A stretch of 64,000 bases of DNA from Candidatus Moraniibacteriota bacterium (GTDB lineage: Bacteria; Patescibacteriota; Minisyncoccia; Moranbacterales; UBA1568). The stretch lies in the NCBI GenBank assembly GCA_023261645.1, contig JAHFOO010000001.1:3871-67870 (forward strand), read 5' to 3'. Below the pieces are notes generated by a model, which worked only from the letters and a program-made list of their open reading frames with translations, was not told the DNA's origin and ran no database searches. Numbering within the stretch: position 1 is the first letter of the stretch; each line of letters opens with the position of its first letter. The position numbers were made by a program, and so were the translations under genes. This document shows positions 20,378 through 30,685 of this stretch, one piece after another.

Positions 20378-21796
20378 ATGTTCGAATTTTTCAAAAAAAG
20401 CCAGGGTTTCTTGGGTATGAATTCCCGGAACCTGGAGTATATCCGTCCGAACAACCGTAAGCGCGGAATGGAGATAGCGGACAGCAAGCTTCTCTGTAAG
20501 CGTATTCTGAAAAAAAATAACCTCGGCGTTTCCACTCTCATCGCGAAAATAAAAAACTATGAGGAACTCGATCAATTCGATTTTTCGACACTCCCCGACA
20601 GTTTCGCACTGAAACCGAATCGTGGTTTCGGTGGAGAAGGAATCATCGTCGTATACGCTCGAAAAAAACTCGCTCGCAATACTACGGACGAAAACAAGAA
20701 TAATGTGTGGATCAAAGCCAATGGATCAACCATCACAGCCGAAGATCTGAAAAGTCATATCCGCAATATCATCGATGGATCCTTTTCTCTTTCAAGCGTT
20801 CCTGATATCGCCTTTTTCGAAGAACGGCTGAAACTTCTCAAACTTTTCAAGCCCTACTCCTATAAAGGTATTCCTGATATCCGTATCATCATTTTCAACC
20901 GAGTGCCTGTTATGGCGATGCTCCGTCTGCCTACGCGTGCTTCTGATGGCAAGGCCAATCTCCAGCAGGGGGCGATCGGTGTCGGTATCGACCTCGCCAC
21001 AGGTACCACAACGACAGCTATTCTCGGTAAAGGCCATCTTATCGAATATATTCCCGGTACTCGACTTGCTCTTTCGGGAATCAAAATCCCCTACTGGAAG
21101 AATATTCTCCGTATGTCCATCGATGCTCAGTCGGTATCGCACCTCGGCTTTCTTGGAGCCGATATCGCCATCGACCGTGATCGAGGGCCGGTCATTCTCG
21201 AGCTCAATGCTCGCCCTGGCCTTTCCATCCAACTCGCGAACTCAAGCGGACTCAAAGAGCGCCTGAAGCGTATCTCGGGACTTAAGATAAAAACTACCGA
21301 ACGTGGTATGCGCGTCGGAATGAATCTTTTCGGCGGCGAGATCGAAGAAGAGATCGAAGAAATTTCAGGTAAACGCGTCATCGGCAGCGTAGAAAAAATC
21401 AAACTCATCGGCAAAGATGGCAGGGAAATCGAGGTCGAGGCGAAAATCGATACCGGTGCCGACTCAACCTCTATCGATATCGAACTTGCTAAACAATTGG
21501 GGTTCGGAGACGCTTTGAAAACATTTGAAGAAAAAGTGGGAGGAAGAGATGTTCTCACTGAACTTTCCAAGGAGGAACGCGAGAAACTCTTTTCTTCCAT
21601 TCCCGATCTTGCTGATACTGTTCCTATAAAATCTTCTCATGGGTATTCATATCGTCCGATCGTACTTACAACACTCATTATCGATTCCATTCCCATTCCG
21701 GCAAAAGTTTCTTGTATTGATCGTTCTCATCTCTCATACCCTGTTATCATAGGTCGTAAACATTTGAGAAAATTTCTCATCGATATCAATAAATAG
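20378..21796 (+). CDS. Alpha-L-glutamate-ligase-like (RimK-related) ATP-grasp fused to a retropepsin-like putative protease
   Basis: LGMNSRN, KPNRGFGGEGI, GIPDIR, MAMLRLPT...GKANLQQGA, LELNARPGLSIQLAN; C-terminal AKIDTGADSTSID...R...YPVIIGR. Confidence 0.85.
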   Translation: MFEFFKKSQGFLGMNSRNLEYIRPNNRKRGMEIADSKLLCKRILKKNNLGVSTLIAKIKNYEELDQFDFSTLPDSFALKPNRGFGGEGIIVVYARKKLARNTTDENKNNVWIKANGSTITAEDLKSHIRNIIDGSFSLSSVPDIAFFEERLKLLKLFKPYSYKGIPDIRIIIFNRVPVMAMLRLPTRASDGKANLQQGAIGVGIDLATGTTTTAILGKGHLIEYIPGTRLALSGIKIPYWKNILRMSIDAQSVSHLGFLGADIAIDRDRGPVILELNARPGLSIQLANSSGLKERLKRISGLKIKTTERGMRVGMNLFGGEIEEEIEEISGKRVIGSVEKIKLIGKDGREIEVEAKIDTGADSTSIDIELAKQLGFGDALKTFEEKVGGRDVLTELSKEEREKLFSSIPDLADTVPIKSSHGYSYRPIVLTTLIIDSIPIPAKVSCIDRSHLSYPVIIGRKHLRKFLIDINK

Positions 21797-21856
21797 CGCT
21801 TTCTCGATATTTTTTCCTTATGAAGCTTCATTATAATTTTCTTAACCATAAAAAAT

Positions 21857-22852
21857 ATGCCATTGAAAGATTATATCAAGAACATCAAGCACGGCGGTTT
21901 CAAATCTTTTTTGAAAAAAGCTGTAGAGCTTGGCGTACAAATAGAAATGATTGAAGAGGGGGGATCTCCTATTCTGAAGCTGCACTATCAAGGTAAATCT
22001 ATTTTTTGTTATAAAAGAAATCTGCCTATCTATAAAAGAATGGGTAATCTTACAAAAAACAAAGAGGTAACAAAAACGATTCTCACCGCCTCAGACATAC
22101 AGACACCAAAAGGGATCACAGCCACCTCTCTTCAAGAAGCCTTGAAACTTGTCCGGGAGAGAAAATTAAAATATCCACTCATCTGTAAACCTGTCGACGG
22201 ATCTTTAGCAAAAGGGATGACGTGGGATATCGCTTCCCCCCAAGAACTTCGTGTGGCTATCGTCTATGCAAAAAATGCCTATGGTCGACGCCCGCGGTCG
22301 AGATTTCTGGTCGAAGAAATGTTTGTTGCGAACGAATATCGTGTCTTGGTATTCAATGGTAAGGTACTTTCCTGTGTACAAAAGATTTCTGCAGGAATCA
22401 CCGGTGACGGCGTTTCTTCCATAGAAGAGTTGATTGCTCATTTCAACAGTAAACGATTGTCTGGTTTTGAAATCAAGCTCGATAAAATCGCAAAAGAAAC
22501 TCTCAAGCTACATTCTCTCTCTCTTCAATCCATTCTTCCAAAAAACCACTTCTTCAAACTACGAAACAATCTCAATATGTCTGATGGGGGGAGATCAATC
22601 GAATGTACAAAAAAGATGCATCCTTATTTCAAAGATATTTGTGTGCGTGCCGCTGAGGCTGTAGGACTTACTTATGGAGGGATCGATTTTTTTGCAAAAG
22701 ACATCACTTCCAAGAAGAGCGAGTATGTTATTCTCGAAATAAACCCCAATCCGTTCTACAATATGCATGAAAAACCACTCGTGGAAGGAAAGGGCGTCGA
22801 TGTCTCAAGTGAGATTCTTAGAAGTATTTTCCCTCGATTAAGTAAAAAATAA
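21857..22852 (+). CDS. Stand-alone ATP-grasp ligase resembling the cyanophycin synthetase / GshF ATP-grasp domain
   Basis: KEVTKTIL, YPLICKPVDGSLAKG, LVEE, EYRVLV, GDGVSSIEELI, NMSDGG, GGID, ILEINPNP. Confidence 0.8.
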   Translation: MPLKDYIKNIKHGGFKSFLKKAVELGVQIEMIEEGGSPILKLHYQGKSIFCYKRNLPIYKRMGNLTKNKEVTKTILTASDIQTPKGITATSLQEALKLVRERKLKYPLICKPVDGSLAKGMTWDIASPQELRVAIVYAKNAYGRRPRSRFLVEEMFVANEYRVLVFNGKVLSCVQKISAGITGDGVSSIEELIAHFNSKRLSGFEIKLDKIAKETLKLHSLSLQSILPKNHFFKLRNNLNMSDGGRSIECTKKMHPYFKDICVRAAEAVGLTYGGIDFFAKDITSKKSEYVILEINPNPFYNMHEKPLVEGKGVDVSSEILRSIFPRLSKK

Positions 22853-22919
22853 AGACTTTTAAACCTTCTCTTTTTGTTCATTTCGTGCTATACAATAAAG
22901 ATACGTATCATATATTGTT

Positions 22920-25481
22920 ATGGCATTTTTTCACAAAAGGCGACAAATTCCTGGCTTAACTAAGCCACGATGGAGATATTGGCCGATTCTTTGGAAAACG
23001 GCACTTATTTCCTTTATCTTACTTGTCCTTCTTGCTATCGGCACATTTGCCTATATTGCCAAAGACCTTCCGAACCCAGGAATGATCAATCAGCGTGTCA
23101 TCGTCGAATCGACCAAGATCTATGATCGAACTGGTACTCACCTCCTCTATGATGTACATGGTGAAGAAAAACGCACGGTCATCGCTTTTTCTGATATGCC
23201 CGATGTCATCAAATATGCCACTATCAGCCTTGAGGATCAGGATTTTTATAACCACTATGGAATAAAAATTTCCTCTATTCTCCGTTCGATATTTAAAGAT
23301 GTTACTCAGCTCGGTAAGGCCCAGGGAGGATCGACTATTACACAACAATTTGTCAAAAATTCCCTGCTCACCAATGAAAAAACACTGCTTCGTAAGGTCA
23401 AAGAGGTTATTCTTTCCCTTGAAATAGAAACGAAGTTTTCCAAAGACGAGATCCTTGCTATGTATTTAAATGAAATACCTTACGGATCAAACGCTTATGG
23501 TATCGAGGCCGCATCTCAGACTTTTTTTGGAAAACCTGCTCGTGAACTGACGCTCGATGAGGCCGCTCTCATCGCATCACTCCCCCAAGCTACTGCATAC
23601 TATTCGCCCTATGGTTCACACACGGATGCTCTCATCGGGCGGAAAGATTTTGCTCTCAAGACGATGGCGCGTCTCGGATATATCACAGAAGAACAGGCGA
23701 CAGAAGCCATAAATACCAACACTCTTGACAAGATACAACCACAGAAGGATATCATTGCGGCCCCGCATTTCGTTATGTATATCAAAGACTATCTCCAGCA
23801 AAAATATGGTGACCAGGCCGTCGAACAAAGCGGTTACAAAGTGATTACCACTCTTGATTGGGACAAGCAACAGGTTGCTGAACAGGCAGTACGTGAAGGT
23901 TCTCTTAATAACAAAAAATGGAAGGCTGCTAATGCCGCTCTTGTGGCAATGGATCCTAAAACGGGACAGATTCTCGCTTTGGTCGGCTCAAAAGACTATT
24001 TTGGCGCTTCAGAACCGGCCGGCTGTATTTCTGGAAAAACCTGTGTTTTCGAGCCAAATTTTGATGTGGCTATCGCACAAAGACAGCCTGGGTCTTCTTT
24101 CAAACCATACGTGTATTTAGCAGCCTTCACGAAAGGGTATCTTCCTGAAACCATTCTTTATGATACAAAAACTCAGTTTGAAACAGCGGAGGGAAAGAGT
24201 TATGAACCAAACAATTATGATGGAAAATTCCACGGACCACTTCCAATGATGAAAACTCTTGGTGGGTCCCTTAATATCCCTGCGGTTAAAACACTCTATC
24301 TTGTCGGTGTGAATAATGCTATTTCACTCGCAAAAAATCTCGGTATCACCGGCCTCAATGATCCTTCTCGGCTCGGGCTCTCTCTCGTCTTGGGCGGTGG
24401 CGAAGTAAAACTCCTCGATCATGTCAGTGCTTATAGTACTCTTGCTACCGGCGGTATCAAACATAAACAAACAGCCATTCTTCGTATTGAAGATGCGAAA
24501 GGAAACATACTTGAAGAATTCAAACCGGATGCTGGTGAACGCGTGGTAGAGGAAAAATACGTCGCTATGCTTGATTCTATTCTCTCAAACAATGATAATA
24601 GAGCGTGGGTGTTTGGTGATAATTCCCCTCTGCGTTTTGATAATCGTCCTGTCGTTGCAAAAACAGGCACTACCAACGAATTCCGTGATGGATGGACCAT
24701 CGGCTATACTCCATCTCTCGCTGTCGGCGTATGGGCCGGAAATAATAACAATGCACCTATGGTGACCGGTTCGGATGGTGTCAATGTAGCTGCTCCGATC
24801 TGGCGTGCTTTCCTCGATCAATCACTCACAAACTATGCCATTGAAGATTTTCCGAAGTATACTCCTGATGATGAAATAGGCGATGGGGATGGAAAAACGA
24901 ATAAACCGATGCTTGCAGGCAAGCTCGAAACGGAAAAAAACCTGAAGGTTTGTAGTATTCCTGGAGACAAAGGGAATTATTGTCTCGCAAATAAATATTG
25001 TCCTGATAATGAATCTGATAAAAAGGATTTTGTAAGCACTCATGATATCTTATACTACGTAAACCGTGATGACCCACGAGGGCCTATTCCAGACAAACCG
25101 GAAAATGATCCTCAATACAAAAATTGGGAGAAGGGTGTAGAAGAGTGGTATAAAAATCAGAAAGACTCCACACATGGCTCTCCTCCTACGGATGAGTGTA
25201 AGGAAAGCGATTTCAAAAAATTTCAGCCGAGTATTAGTCTTACAACCGCAGGAAGTTCATCCTCCTCATCTATAACTCTGAGTGCAAATGTAAATGCTCC
25301 TTATGGCGTGGATTCTGTCACTTATTTGGTAGATGGCTCAGAAGTAGGCTCGACATCTTCAAATCCTTATTCGATTAATTATACTGTTTCTACTCCTTCT
25401 ACTATAACCATAGAGGTTGAAATGAAAGATAAAAACGGTAATACCGCACATGATAGTAAACATATGAGTGTTAGTTTTTAA
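22920..25481 (+). CDS. Class A penicillin-binding protein (PBP1A-like) with C-terminal Ig-like domain
   Basis: EDQDFY, QGGSTITQQFVKN, RKVKE, QPGSSFKP, SLN, KTGTT. Confidence 0.93.
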   Translation: MAFFHKRRQIPGLTKPRWRYWPILWKTALISFILLVLLAIGTFAYIAKDLPNPGMINQRVIVESTKIYDRTGTHLLYDVHGEEKRTVIAFSDMPDVIKYATISLEDQDFYNHYGIKISSILRSIFKDVTQLGKAQGGSTITQQFVKNSLLTNEKTLLRKVKEVILSLEIETKFSKDEILAMYLNEIPYGSNAYGIEAASQTFFGKPARELTLDEAALIASLPQATAYYSPYGSHTDALIGRKDFALKTMARLGYITEEQATEAINTNTLDKIQPQKDIIAAPHFVMYIKDYLQQKYGDQAVEQSGYKVITTLDWDKQQVAEQAVREGSLNNKKWKAANAALVAMDPKTGQILALVGSKDYFGASEPAGCISGKTCVFEPNFDVAIAQRQPGSSFKPYVYLAAFTKGYLPETILYDTKTQFETAEGKSYEPNNYDGKFHGPLPMMKTLGGSLNIPAVKTLYLVGVNNAISLAKNLGITGLNDPSRLGLSLVLGGGEVKLLDHVSAYSTLATGGIKHKQTAILRIEDAKGNILEEFKPDAGERVVEEKYVAMLDSILSNNDNRAWVFGDNSPLRFDNRPVVAKTGTTNEFRDGWTIGYTPSLAVGVWAGNNNNAPMVTGSDGVNVAAPIWRAFLDQSLTNYAIEDFPKYTPDDEIGDGDGKTNKPMLAGKLETEKNLKVCSIPGDKGNYCLANKYCPDNESDKKDFVSTHDILYYVNRDDPRGPIPDKPENDPQYKNWEKGVEEWYKNQKDSTHGSPPTDECKESDFKKFQPSISLTTAGSSSSSSITLSANVNAPYGVDSVTYLVDGSEVGSTSSNPYSINYTVSTPSTITIEVEMKDKNGNTAHDSKHMSVSF

Positions 25482-25500
25482 TATTTTATGTTTTTATTTT

Positions 25501-25529
25501 AAAAATCCCCGTAAAGTACGGGGATTTTT
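25501..25529. terminator. Bidirectional terminator between PBP1A and dciA
   Basis: AAAAATCCCCGTA-aag-TACGGGGATTTTT. Confidence 0.75.
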
Positions 25530-25819
25530 TATATTTGTTGGGTAATTTTAATTTCTTTTATTTCTTCACTCCCAAGAACTGCATTCATACGCTCTGCAAG
25601 ATGAACACGTGTAAGATATATCTCACTTGCCCATAAGGAACTCCGCGGTGAAAGAAAGAGTTTTTTATCTTTATAAAAGCTCGGAATAATATTTTCTCCA
25701 CCACGTACACCATATTCTTCCACTAAAATACGCTTCGCAATATGAAAAATTGTTTTTTCATCAATTATTTTAAGTGAACTCCGTTGTTTTTTAGGAAGAA
25801 GATCTTTTAAAGTACGCAT
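25529..25819 (-). CDS. DciA/DUF721-like protein
   Basis: 96 aa downstream of dnaN; KKLFL...SSLWASEI...MNAVLG...IKEIKI pattern. Confidence 0.6.
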   Translation of the reverse strand: MRTLKDLLPKKQRSSLKIIDEKTIFHIAKRILVEEYGVRGGENIIPSFYKDKKLFLSPRSSLWASEIYLTRVHLAERMNAVLGSEEIKEIKITQQI

Positions 25820-25899
25820 ATTATATCAATCGGTAAATAAATGATCATATATGACTTATTTTCCTTTTTATAATTTCCATTTATTATTTAATTTAACTA

Positions 25900-27051
25900 C
25901 TATTTTCTTATTGGCATCATAATATAAAGATAATTTTCCGTAAGAGTAGTATTTTCCTTATTTTGTATACGAAGTGCTGCAGGAGTAACTCCATCATTGG
26001 CTAAAAAGAGTATTTTTTCACTTACGAGAGCGTTTATTCCTTCTAAGACATAACGTGGATTAAAAACAATAGTAAGTGGTTCTGTACCTTGTTGTATTTC
26101 TATCGGTAATACGGTCTTATTTTCCCCTATTTCCTGCGATGCTGATGATATGGTACATATTTTTTCTTCTGGTTGAAAAAGAAGTGTTATTTCACCTGAA
26201 TTATATGAAGAAAAACTACTAGCTATTTTTACCGCTCTCTGAAAAGATTCTTTTTCTAAAATAACCTGAAGAGAGAAGCTTTTTGGAATTATTTGTTTAT
26301 AATCTGGGTATTTTCCATTTATAATCCTTGATACGATCTGTACACCATCTATTTCAAAAAATATCTGATTTTCTTTTAAAGCTATCTTTATATCCCTGCT
26401 TTCAGGCGTGATAATATGAATAATTTCATGTAACGTATTCCCAGGAATGATAAGTGATGGGTTTTGAGAAAGGAAATCATTATATCCACTTCCTTGATTT
26501 GTAAAAGGAATTATTTCTTCAGCAAGACGAAAACTGTCTGTGGTAGCAATTTCTATCATATCCTTATAAAAGAAAATATGTACGCCGGTAAGTTCAAGAC
26601 GTGCATTATTCAAACTAATACAGAATAAAAGCCGAGAAAGAGCTGTTTTAAGTTCTTGTGCTGGGAAAGAAAAGAAATATTCTTCTTTATATTCAGGAAT
26701 AATAGGAAAATCCTTCCCATCTAATCCTTTAATTTTTATTTGATAAGAAGTGCTTATTATTTTTAATCCTTCATTATCACTCTCTAATTCGAGAATATCT
26801 CCTAAAGGGAGATTATGTATAAAATTACTTAAAAGTTTTGCTGGTACAGCTATTTTTCCTTCTTTTTCTATTTTTGCTCCTATAGAGGTAATTATTCCTA
26901 TTTCCAAGTTTGTTGCAGAAATTTTTAACCTTCCATTTTCTGTTTCTATTAAGAAATTACTGAGAATAGGAAGAGTTGCTTGTTTTCCTGCTATTTTTTC
27001 CAAATAAGAAATGGCTCGATTAAGGTTTTCTTGTGTACAGATGAGTTTCAT
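25900..27051 (-). CDS. dnaN: DNA polymerase III beta clamp
   Basis: LPILSN, ATNLEIG, TDSFRL, GKYPDY, FNPRY, YIMMP. Confidence 0.96.
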   Translation of the reverse strand: MKLICTQENLNRAISYLEKIAGKQATLPILSNFLIETENGRLKISATNLEIGIITSIGAKIEKEGKIAVPAKLLSNFIHNLPLGDILELESDNEGLKIISTSYQIKIKGLDGKDFPIIPEYKEEYFFSFPAQELKTALSRLLFCISLNNARLELTGVHIFFYKDMIEIATTDSFRLAEEIIPFTNQGSGYNDFLSQNPSLIIPGNTLHEIIHIITPESRDIKIALKENQIFFEIDGVQIVSRIINGKYPDYKQIIPKSFSLQVILEKESFQRAVKIASSFSSYNSGEITLLFQPEEKICTISSASQEIGENKTVLPIEIQQGTEPLTIVFNPRYVLEGINALVSEKILFLANDGVTPAALRIQNKENTTLTENYLYIMMPIRK

Positions 27052-27312
27052 AAGACTATATATTAATAGTTTCTTTTAAATTATATTATAAAAACTTCTT
27101 ATTATCATTAGGGGTGTGAATATCTGGATAAGTCATAATAATGCTTTATAAAAGGTATTATTTTTAAGAATATAGAAATGTAATATAAAAGAAAAGTAAC
27201 AAAAGAATATTTTTTCAAAAATAATTAAAGAAGAATCATTTTTTATCCACAAAATTTCTTCTCTTATACAAACACTTTACACGACTTTTAGTGAGTTATA
27301 CAAGATTATACA
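27052..27312. other. Probable replication origin oriC (dnaA-dnaN intergenic)
   Basis: Very AT-rich; perfect DnaA box TTATCCACA at 27243-27251 plus several TTATAC-type near-boxes; plus strand looks C-rich to the left and more G-rich to the right. Confidence 0.7.
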
Positions 27313-28728
27313 TCAAACTGGATAATAAAGACGCTCTTTAAGAACATTTAACTCTTCTTTCAGGCGTGGATGAGAGTCTTTATTTTTATTTATTTTTTCA
27401 AATGCGTGTAGAGCAGTCGTATGATCTCTTCCTCCAAAAATATCACCGATGGTTGAAAATGGAGTTTGGAGTTCAGTACGAAGAATATACATCATTACCT
27501 GGCGTGGATGAGAAATTTCCTTTTTTCTTCCTTTTTTTATAATATCTTCTTTGGTAATATTATAAAATTCAGTAATAACACGAAAAATATCATCAACTTG
27601 AAGTGTCTTTTTATTATTTTCAATAAGTTGAGAAAGTATTTTCCCTGTATTTTCCAGTGTAGGTGAAATTTTATGAAATTCACAGAAAGCGATGACTCGA
27701 TTGAGAGCTCCTTCAAGTTCACGGATATTTTGAGTGATATTTTCGGCGATAAAACGTATAGCAGGAGTGTCTATAATAAAGCTTTTTTCAGCAATTTTTG
27801 ATTCCAAAATAGCCACTCTTGTTTCAAAGTTTGGACGACTAATATCAGTGATCATACCACCTTCAAAACGTGAACGGAGACGCTCTTCAAGGGTGGGGAT
27901 GGCTTTTGGTGGTCGGTCACTTGATATGACAATTTGTTTATTGAGTTGATAGAGTGAGTTGAAAATATGGAAAAATTCGTTCTGGGTCTTTTCTCTCCCG
28001 GAAAGGAATTGAATATCATCAATAATAAGAAGATCCATCTGTTGATAATATTCTTTAAATTTATCTATTTTCTGATTTTTAATGGAATCTACGAGTTCCG
28101 TCGTAAAACGTTCTGAGTTGATGTATTTAATTCTTTTTTCAGGTGAATTCTTCACCACCTCATTTCCAATAGACTGAAGCAGATGAGTTTTTCCCAACCC
28201 AACACCCCCATAAATAAAAAGAGGGTTATAAGCCATACCGAGATTTTGTGAAACCGCATAGCAAGCTGCACGTGCAAGATCGTTATTTTCTGCAACGATG
28301 AAGTTCTCAAATGTGTATCGATTATTAAGGTTGGTTTCATGAAAAAGAGGAGTGGATGGACCTGATTCAGTAAAAAATGGTTTTTCAATCAGTTTCTTTC
28401 GGACAAATCCTGTGGTCTCAGGTGATTTTATAGCATCTATATTTTTAAGAGAATCTACGGTTGGCAGAGAAGAAGTGAATTTTTCAGGTGCAATAACACA
28501 GCGGATGGTTTGGATATCACCATTAATACCTTTAAGAGCACGTAAAATATAGAGATTATACTTGTTTTCAAGCCATTCTTTTGCAAAACCATTTGGTACA
28601 CCAATGGTTATAATTCCATCTTGATTACTAACAATACTCGTGTTTTTAAACCACGTAATAAAATTAGCACGAGAAATAGAGAGCTCCATTTGTCCTAAAA
28701 CAGCCTTCCATAACTCCTCGTTTGTCAT
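27313..28728 (-). CDS. dnaA: Chromosomal replication initiator DnaA
   Basis: YNPLFIYGGVGLGKTHL, IDDIQF, RLRSRFEGG, RELEGAL, GGRDHTT. Confidence 0.98.
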   Translation of the reverse strand: MTNEELWKAVLGQMELSISRANFITWFKNTSIVSNQDGIITIGVPNGFAKEWLENKYNLYILRALKGINGDIQTIRCVIAPEKFTSSLPTVDSLKNIDAIKSPETTGFVRKKLIEKPFFTESGPSTPLFHETNLNNRYTFENFIVAENNDLARAACYAVSQNLGMAYNPLFIYGGVGLGKTHLLQSIGNEVVKNSPEKRIKYINSERFTTELVDSIKNQKIDKFKEYYQQMDLLIIDDIQFLSGREKTQNEFFHIFNSLYQLNKQIVISSDRPPKAIPTLEERLRSRFEGGMITDISRPNFETRVAILESKIAEKSFIIDTPAIRFIAENITQNIRELEGALNRVIAFCEFHKISPTLENTGKILSQLIENNKKTLQVDDIFRVITEFYNITKEDIIKKGRKKEISHPRQVMMYILRTELQTPFSTIGDIFGGRDHTTALHAFEKINKNKDSHPRLKEELNVLKERLYYPV

Positions 28729-28810
28729 AAAATAAAGCTATTATCAGAGAGTATAAAAACATCAAATGGAATTATATCACGGCTGTACGGGTCGGCATAG
28801 GGTGAAAAAG

Positions 28811-28839
28811 TGTGTGAAGTGTGGATAAGCGGTGTATAA
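28811..28839. promoter_or_regulatory. DnaA boxes upstream of dnaA (autoregulation or bipartite origin)
   Basis: TGTGGATAA at 28820-28828, flanked by TGTGTGAAG and GGTGTATAA. Confidence 0.65.
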
Positions 28840-28926
28840 CAAGAGAAAAGGCTCCATCATTGACTTTCTTTCTTTTTCTGGTAGACTGGAAAAACATCCA
28901 ATGACTTAAAATCTAATGTTTATTAT

Positions 28927-29067
28927 ATGCCAAAAAGAACCTATCAACCAAAAACCCTCAAACGTGCCAGACGACACGGTTTTCTCGAGAGAATGAATAC
29001 TGTCGGGGGAAGAAAAGTAGTGGCAAATCGTCGTAGAGATGGAAGAAAAAAATTGACGGTAGCGTAG
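28927..29067 (+). CDS. rpmH: 50S ribosomal protein L34
   Basis: Manual translation [46 protein letters not shown]. Confidence 0.96.
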   Translation: MPKRTYQPKTLKRARRHGFLERMNTVGGRKVVANRRRDGRKKLTVA

Positions 29068-29070
29068 GAT

Positions 29071-29418
29071 ATGTTGAAAAAAGGCTTTCGTTTGCGAAAA
29101 AAAGAGGATTTTGATAGAGTCTTTCGCTTCGGTAAGCCTCTTTTTTTTGGAGAAGAAATTGGCTGTCGATATTTACTTGATGCTCCGTCGATACGATTAG
29201 GATTTTCTCTTGGTAAAAAATATCTTCCTTTGGCTACTGATCGGAACAGATTTCGAAGAATATTTTCTGAAGTGTTTTATAATCATCAAGAAGAGTGGCC
29301 AAAATCGGGAGATATACTCTTTTTCCTTGTAAAAAGGCCAAAAAAGGTGGATACTAAACAAACAGAGAAAATGATGCAAAATCTTTTTCAAACCATAAAC
29401 AAAAATCGTAAAGTATAA
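29071..29418 (+). CDS. rnpA: Ribonuclease P protein component
   Basis: RLRKKEDFDRVF, RLGFS, ATDRNRFRR; position after rpmH. Confidence 0.88.
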   Translation: MLKKGFRLRKKEDFDRVFRFGKPLFFGEEIGCRYLLDAPSIRLGFSLGKKYLPLATDRNRFRRIFSEVFYNHQEEWPKSGDILFFLVKRPKKVDTKQTEKMMQNLFQTINKNRKV

Positions 29419-29424
29419 AACAAT

Positions 29425-30156
29425 ATGATGCATATCTTTGATATTTCTATCTACCAACCGCTCTATAATGCCCTTATATTCTTTTATAATGTCGTTCCAG
29501 GGTATGATTTCGGTGTGGCTATTATACTCACAACGCTTGTTCTGAAGTCCCTCTTGATACCTCTTTCCAAGAAGCAGATAGAATCGCAGAAAAAGATGCA
29601 GGAATTACAGCCACAAATCAAGGAACTGCAACAAAAACACAAAAATGATAAAGAGAAACAAACAAAGGCGTTGATGGAATTTTATAAAGAGCATAAAACA
29701 AACCCATTTTCCGGATGCCTCCCGCTTATTATCCAACTTGTATTTCTTATTGCCATCTATCGAGTGATTATTAATATATCTCGGGCTGGTTTTGTGGTTA
29801 ATCCAAGCGATTTATATGCATTCATACCTGATCCGGGCGAGATCAATCACCTTTTTCTTCATTTTATAGACTTGACGAAACCAAACTATGTTTTAGCGTT
29901 CTTTTCTGCTATTGCTCAGTATTTTCAAACAAAGATGCTTTTCCAGAACCAAAGTAAGACTGAAACTAAAAACACCCCTTCCTCCGAACCCGACTTTGCG
30001 ACTATAATGAATAAGCAGATGCTCTATTTGGGTCCAGGACTGACATTCTTTATCGGAGCGACATTCCCGGCCGCCTTGGCTCTCTACTGGCTCTTCTCGA
30101 CACTGTTTATGCTTTTTCAGCAGATGGTTATCTTTAAACCGAAACAAGAGAAATAA
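29425..30156 (+). CDS. yidC: Membrane protein insertase YidC (short form)
   Basis: FGVAIILTT, KMQELQP, NPFSGCLPLIIQ, LYW. Confidence 0.93.
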   Translation: MMHIFDISIYQPLYNALIFFYNVVPGYDFGVAIILTTLVLKSLLIPLSKKQIESQKKMQELQPQIKELQQKHKNDKEKQTKALMEFYKEHKTNPFSGCLPLIIQLVFLIAIYRVIINISRAGFVVNPSDLYAFIPDPGEINHLFLHFIDLTKPNYVLAFFSAIAQYFQTKMLFQNQSKTETKNTPSSEPDFATIMNKQMLYLGPGLTFFIGATFPAALALYWLFSTLFMLFQQMVIFKPKQEK

Positions 30157-30159
30157 CGT

Positions 30160-30639
30160 ATGGACAAGACATACCAAAAAATTATCAAAGAAACTGTTCT
30201 CGAGTTGTTACAAAAGCTCGGTTTTGAAGCTTCCGTTGAAGTGATAGAAGAACAAGGAACTTCGAATATTTTTTTCTGTATGGCTCGCGTAGAGAAAGAT
30301 CAAAATTTTCTTATCGGTCAGTATGGGACGAATCTTGCCGCTGTCCAGCATCTCGTCCGTGTGATGCTTCGCAAGAAGATAGAAGAAAGAGTGAATATCG
30401 TGGTAGATGTGAATGATTATTTTCTTGAAAAAAAGGTGATACTCGAAAAAGAAGCGGAAAAAGTAGCCTTTGAAGTTTTGGAAAACAATATTTCTGTCGC
30501 TCTCCGCCCGATGCTTCCATACGAACGCAAGATAGTACACTCCTTTCTTGCAAAAAATCCGGATATCAGTACCGAGAGTATAGGAAAAGGTGAGGAAAGA
30601 AAAGTAATGATCAGCCCGAAAAGCAAAGAAAGTGAATAG
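30160..30639 (+). CDS. jag: Jag/KhpB (KH + R3H) RNA-binding protein
   Basis: LIGQYG, VDVNDY, ERKIVH, ESIGKGEERKV; follows yidC. Confidence 0.85.
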   Translation: MDKTYQKIIKETVLELLQKLGFEASVEVIEEQGTSNIFFCMARVEKDQNFLIGQYGTNLAAVQHLVRVMLRKKIEERVNIVVDVNDYFLEKKVILEKEAEKVAFEVLENNISVALRPMLPYERKIVHSFLAKNPDISTESIGKGEERKVMISPKSKESE

Positions 30640-30685
30640 GAAGTCTTGTTTGAGGGGTTTTTACAATGAAGTAAAATGAAAAGCA

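Noticed and set aside
21857-22852. Cyanophycin synthetase CphA
   Set aside because: Only the ATP-grasp half is present (331 aa); no Mur-ligase domain or cyanophycinase nearby.
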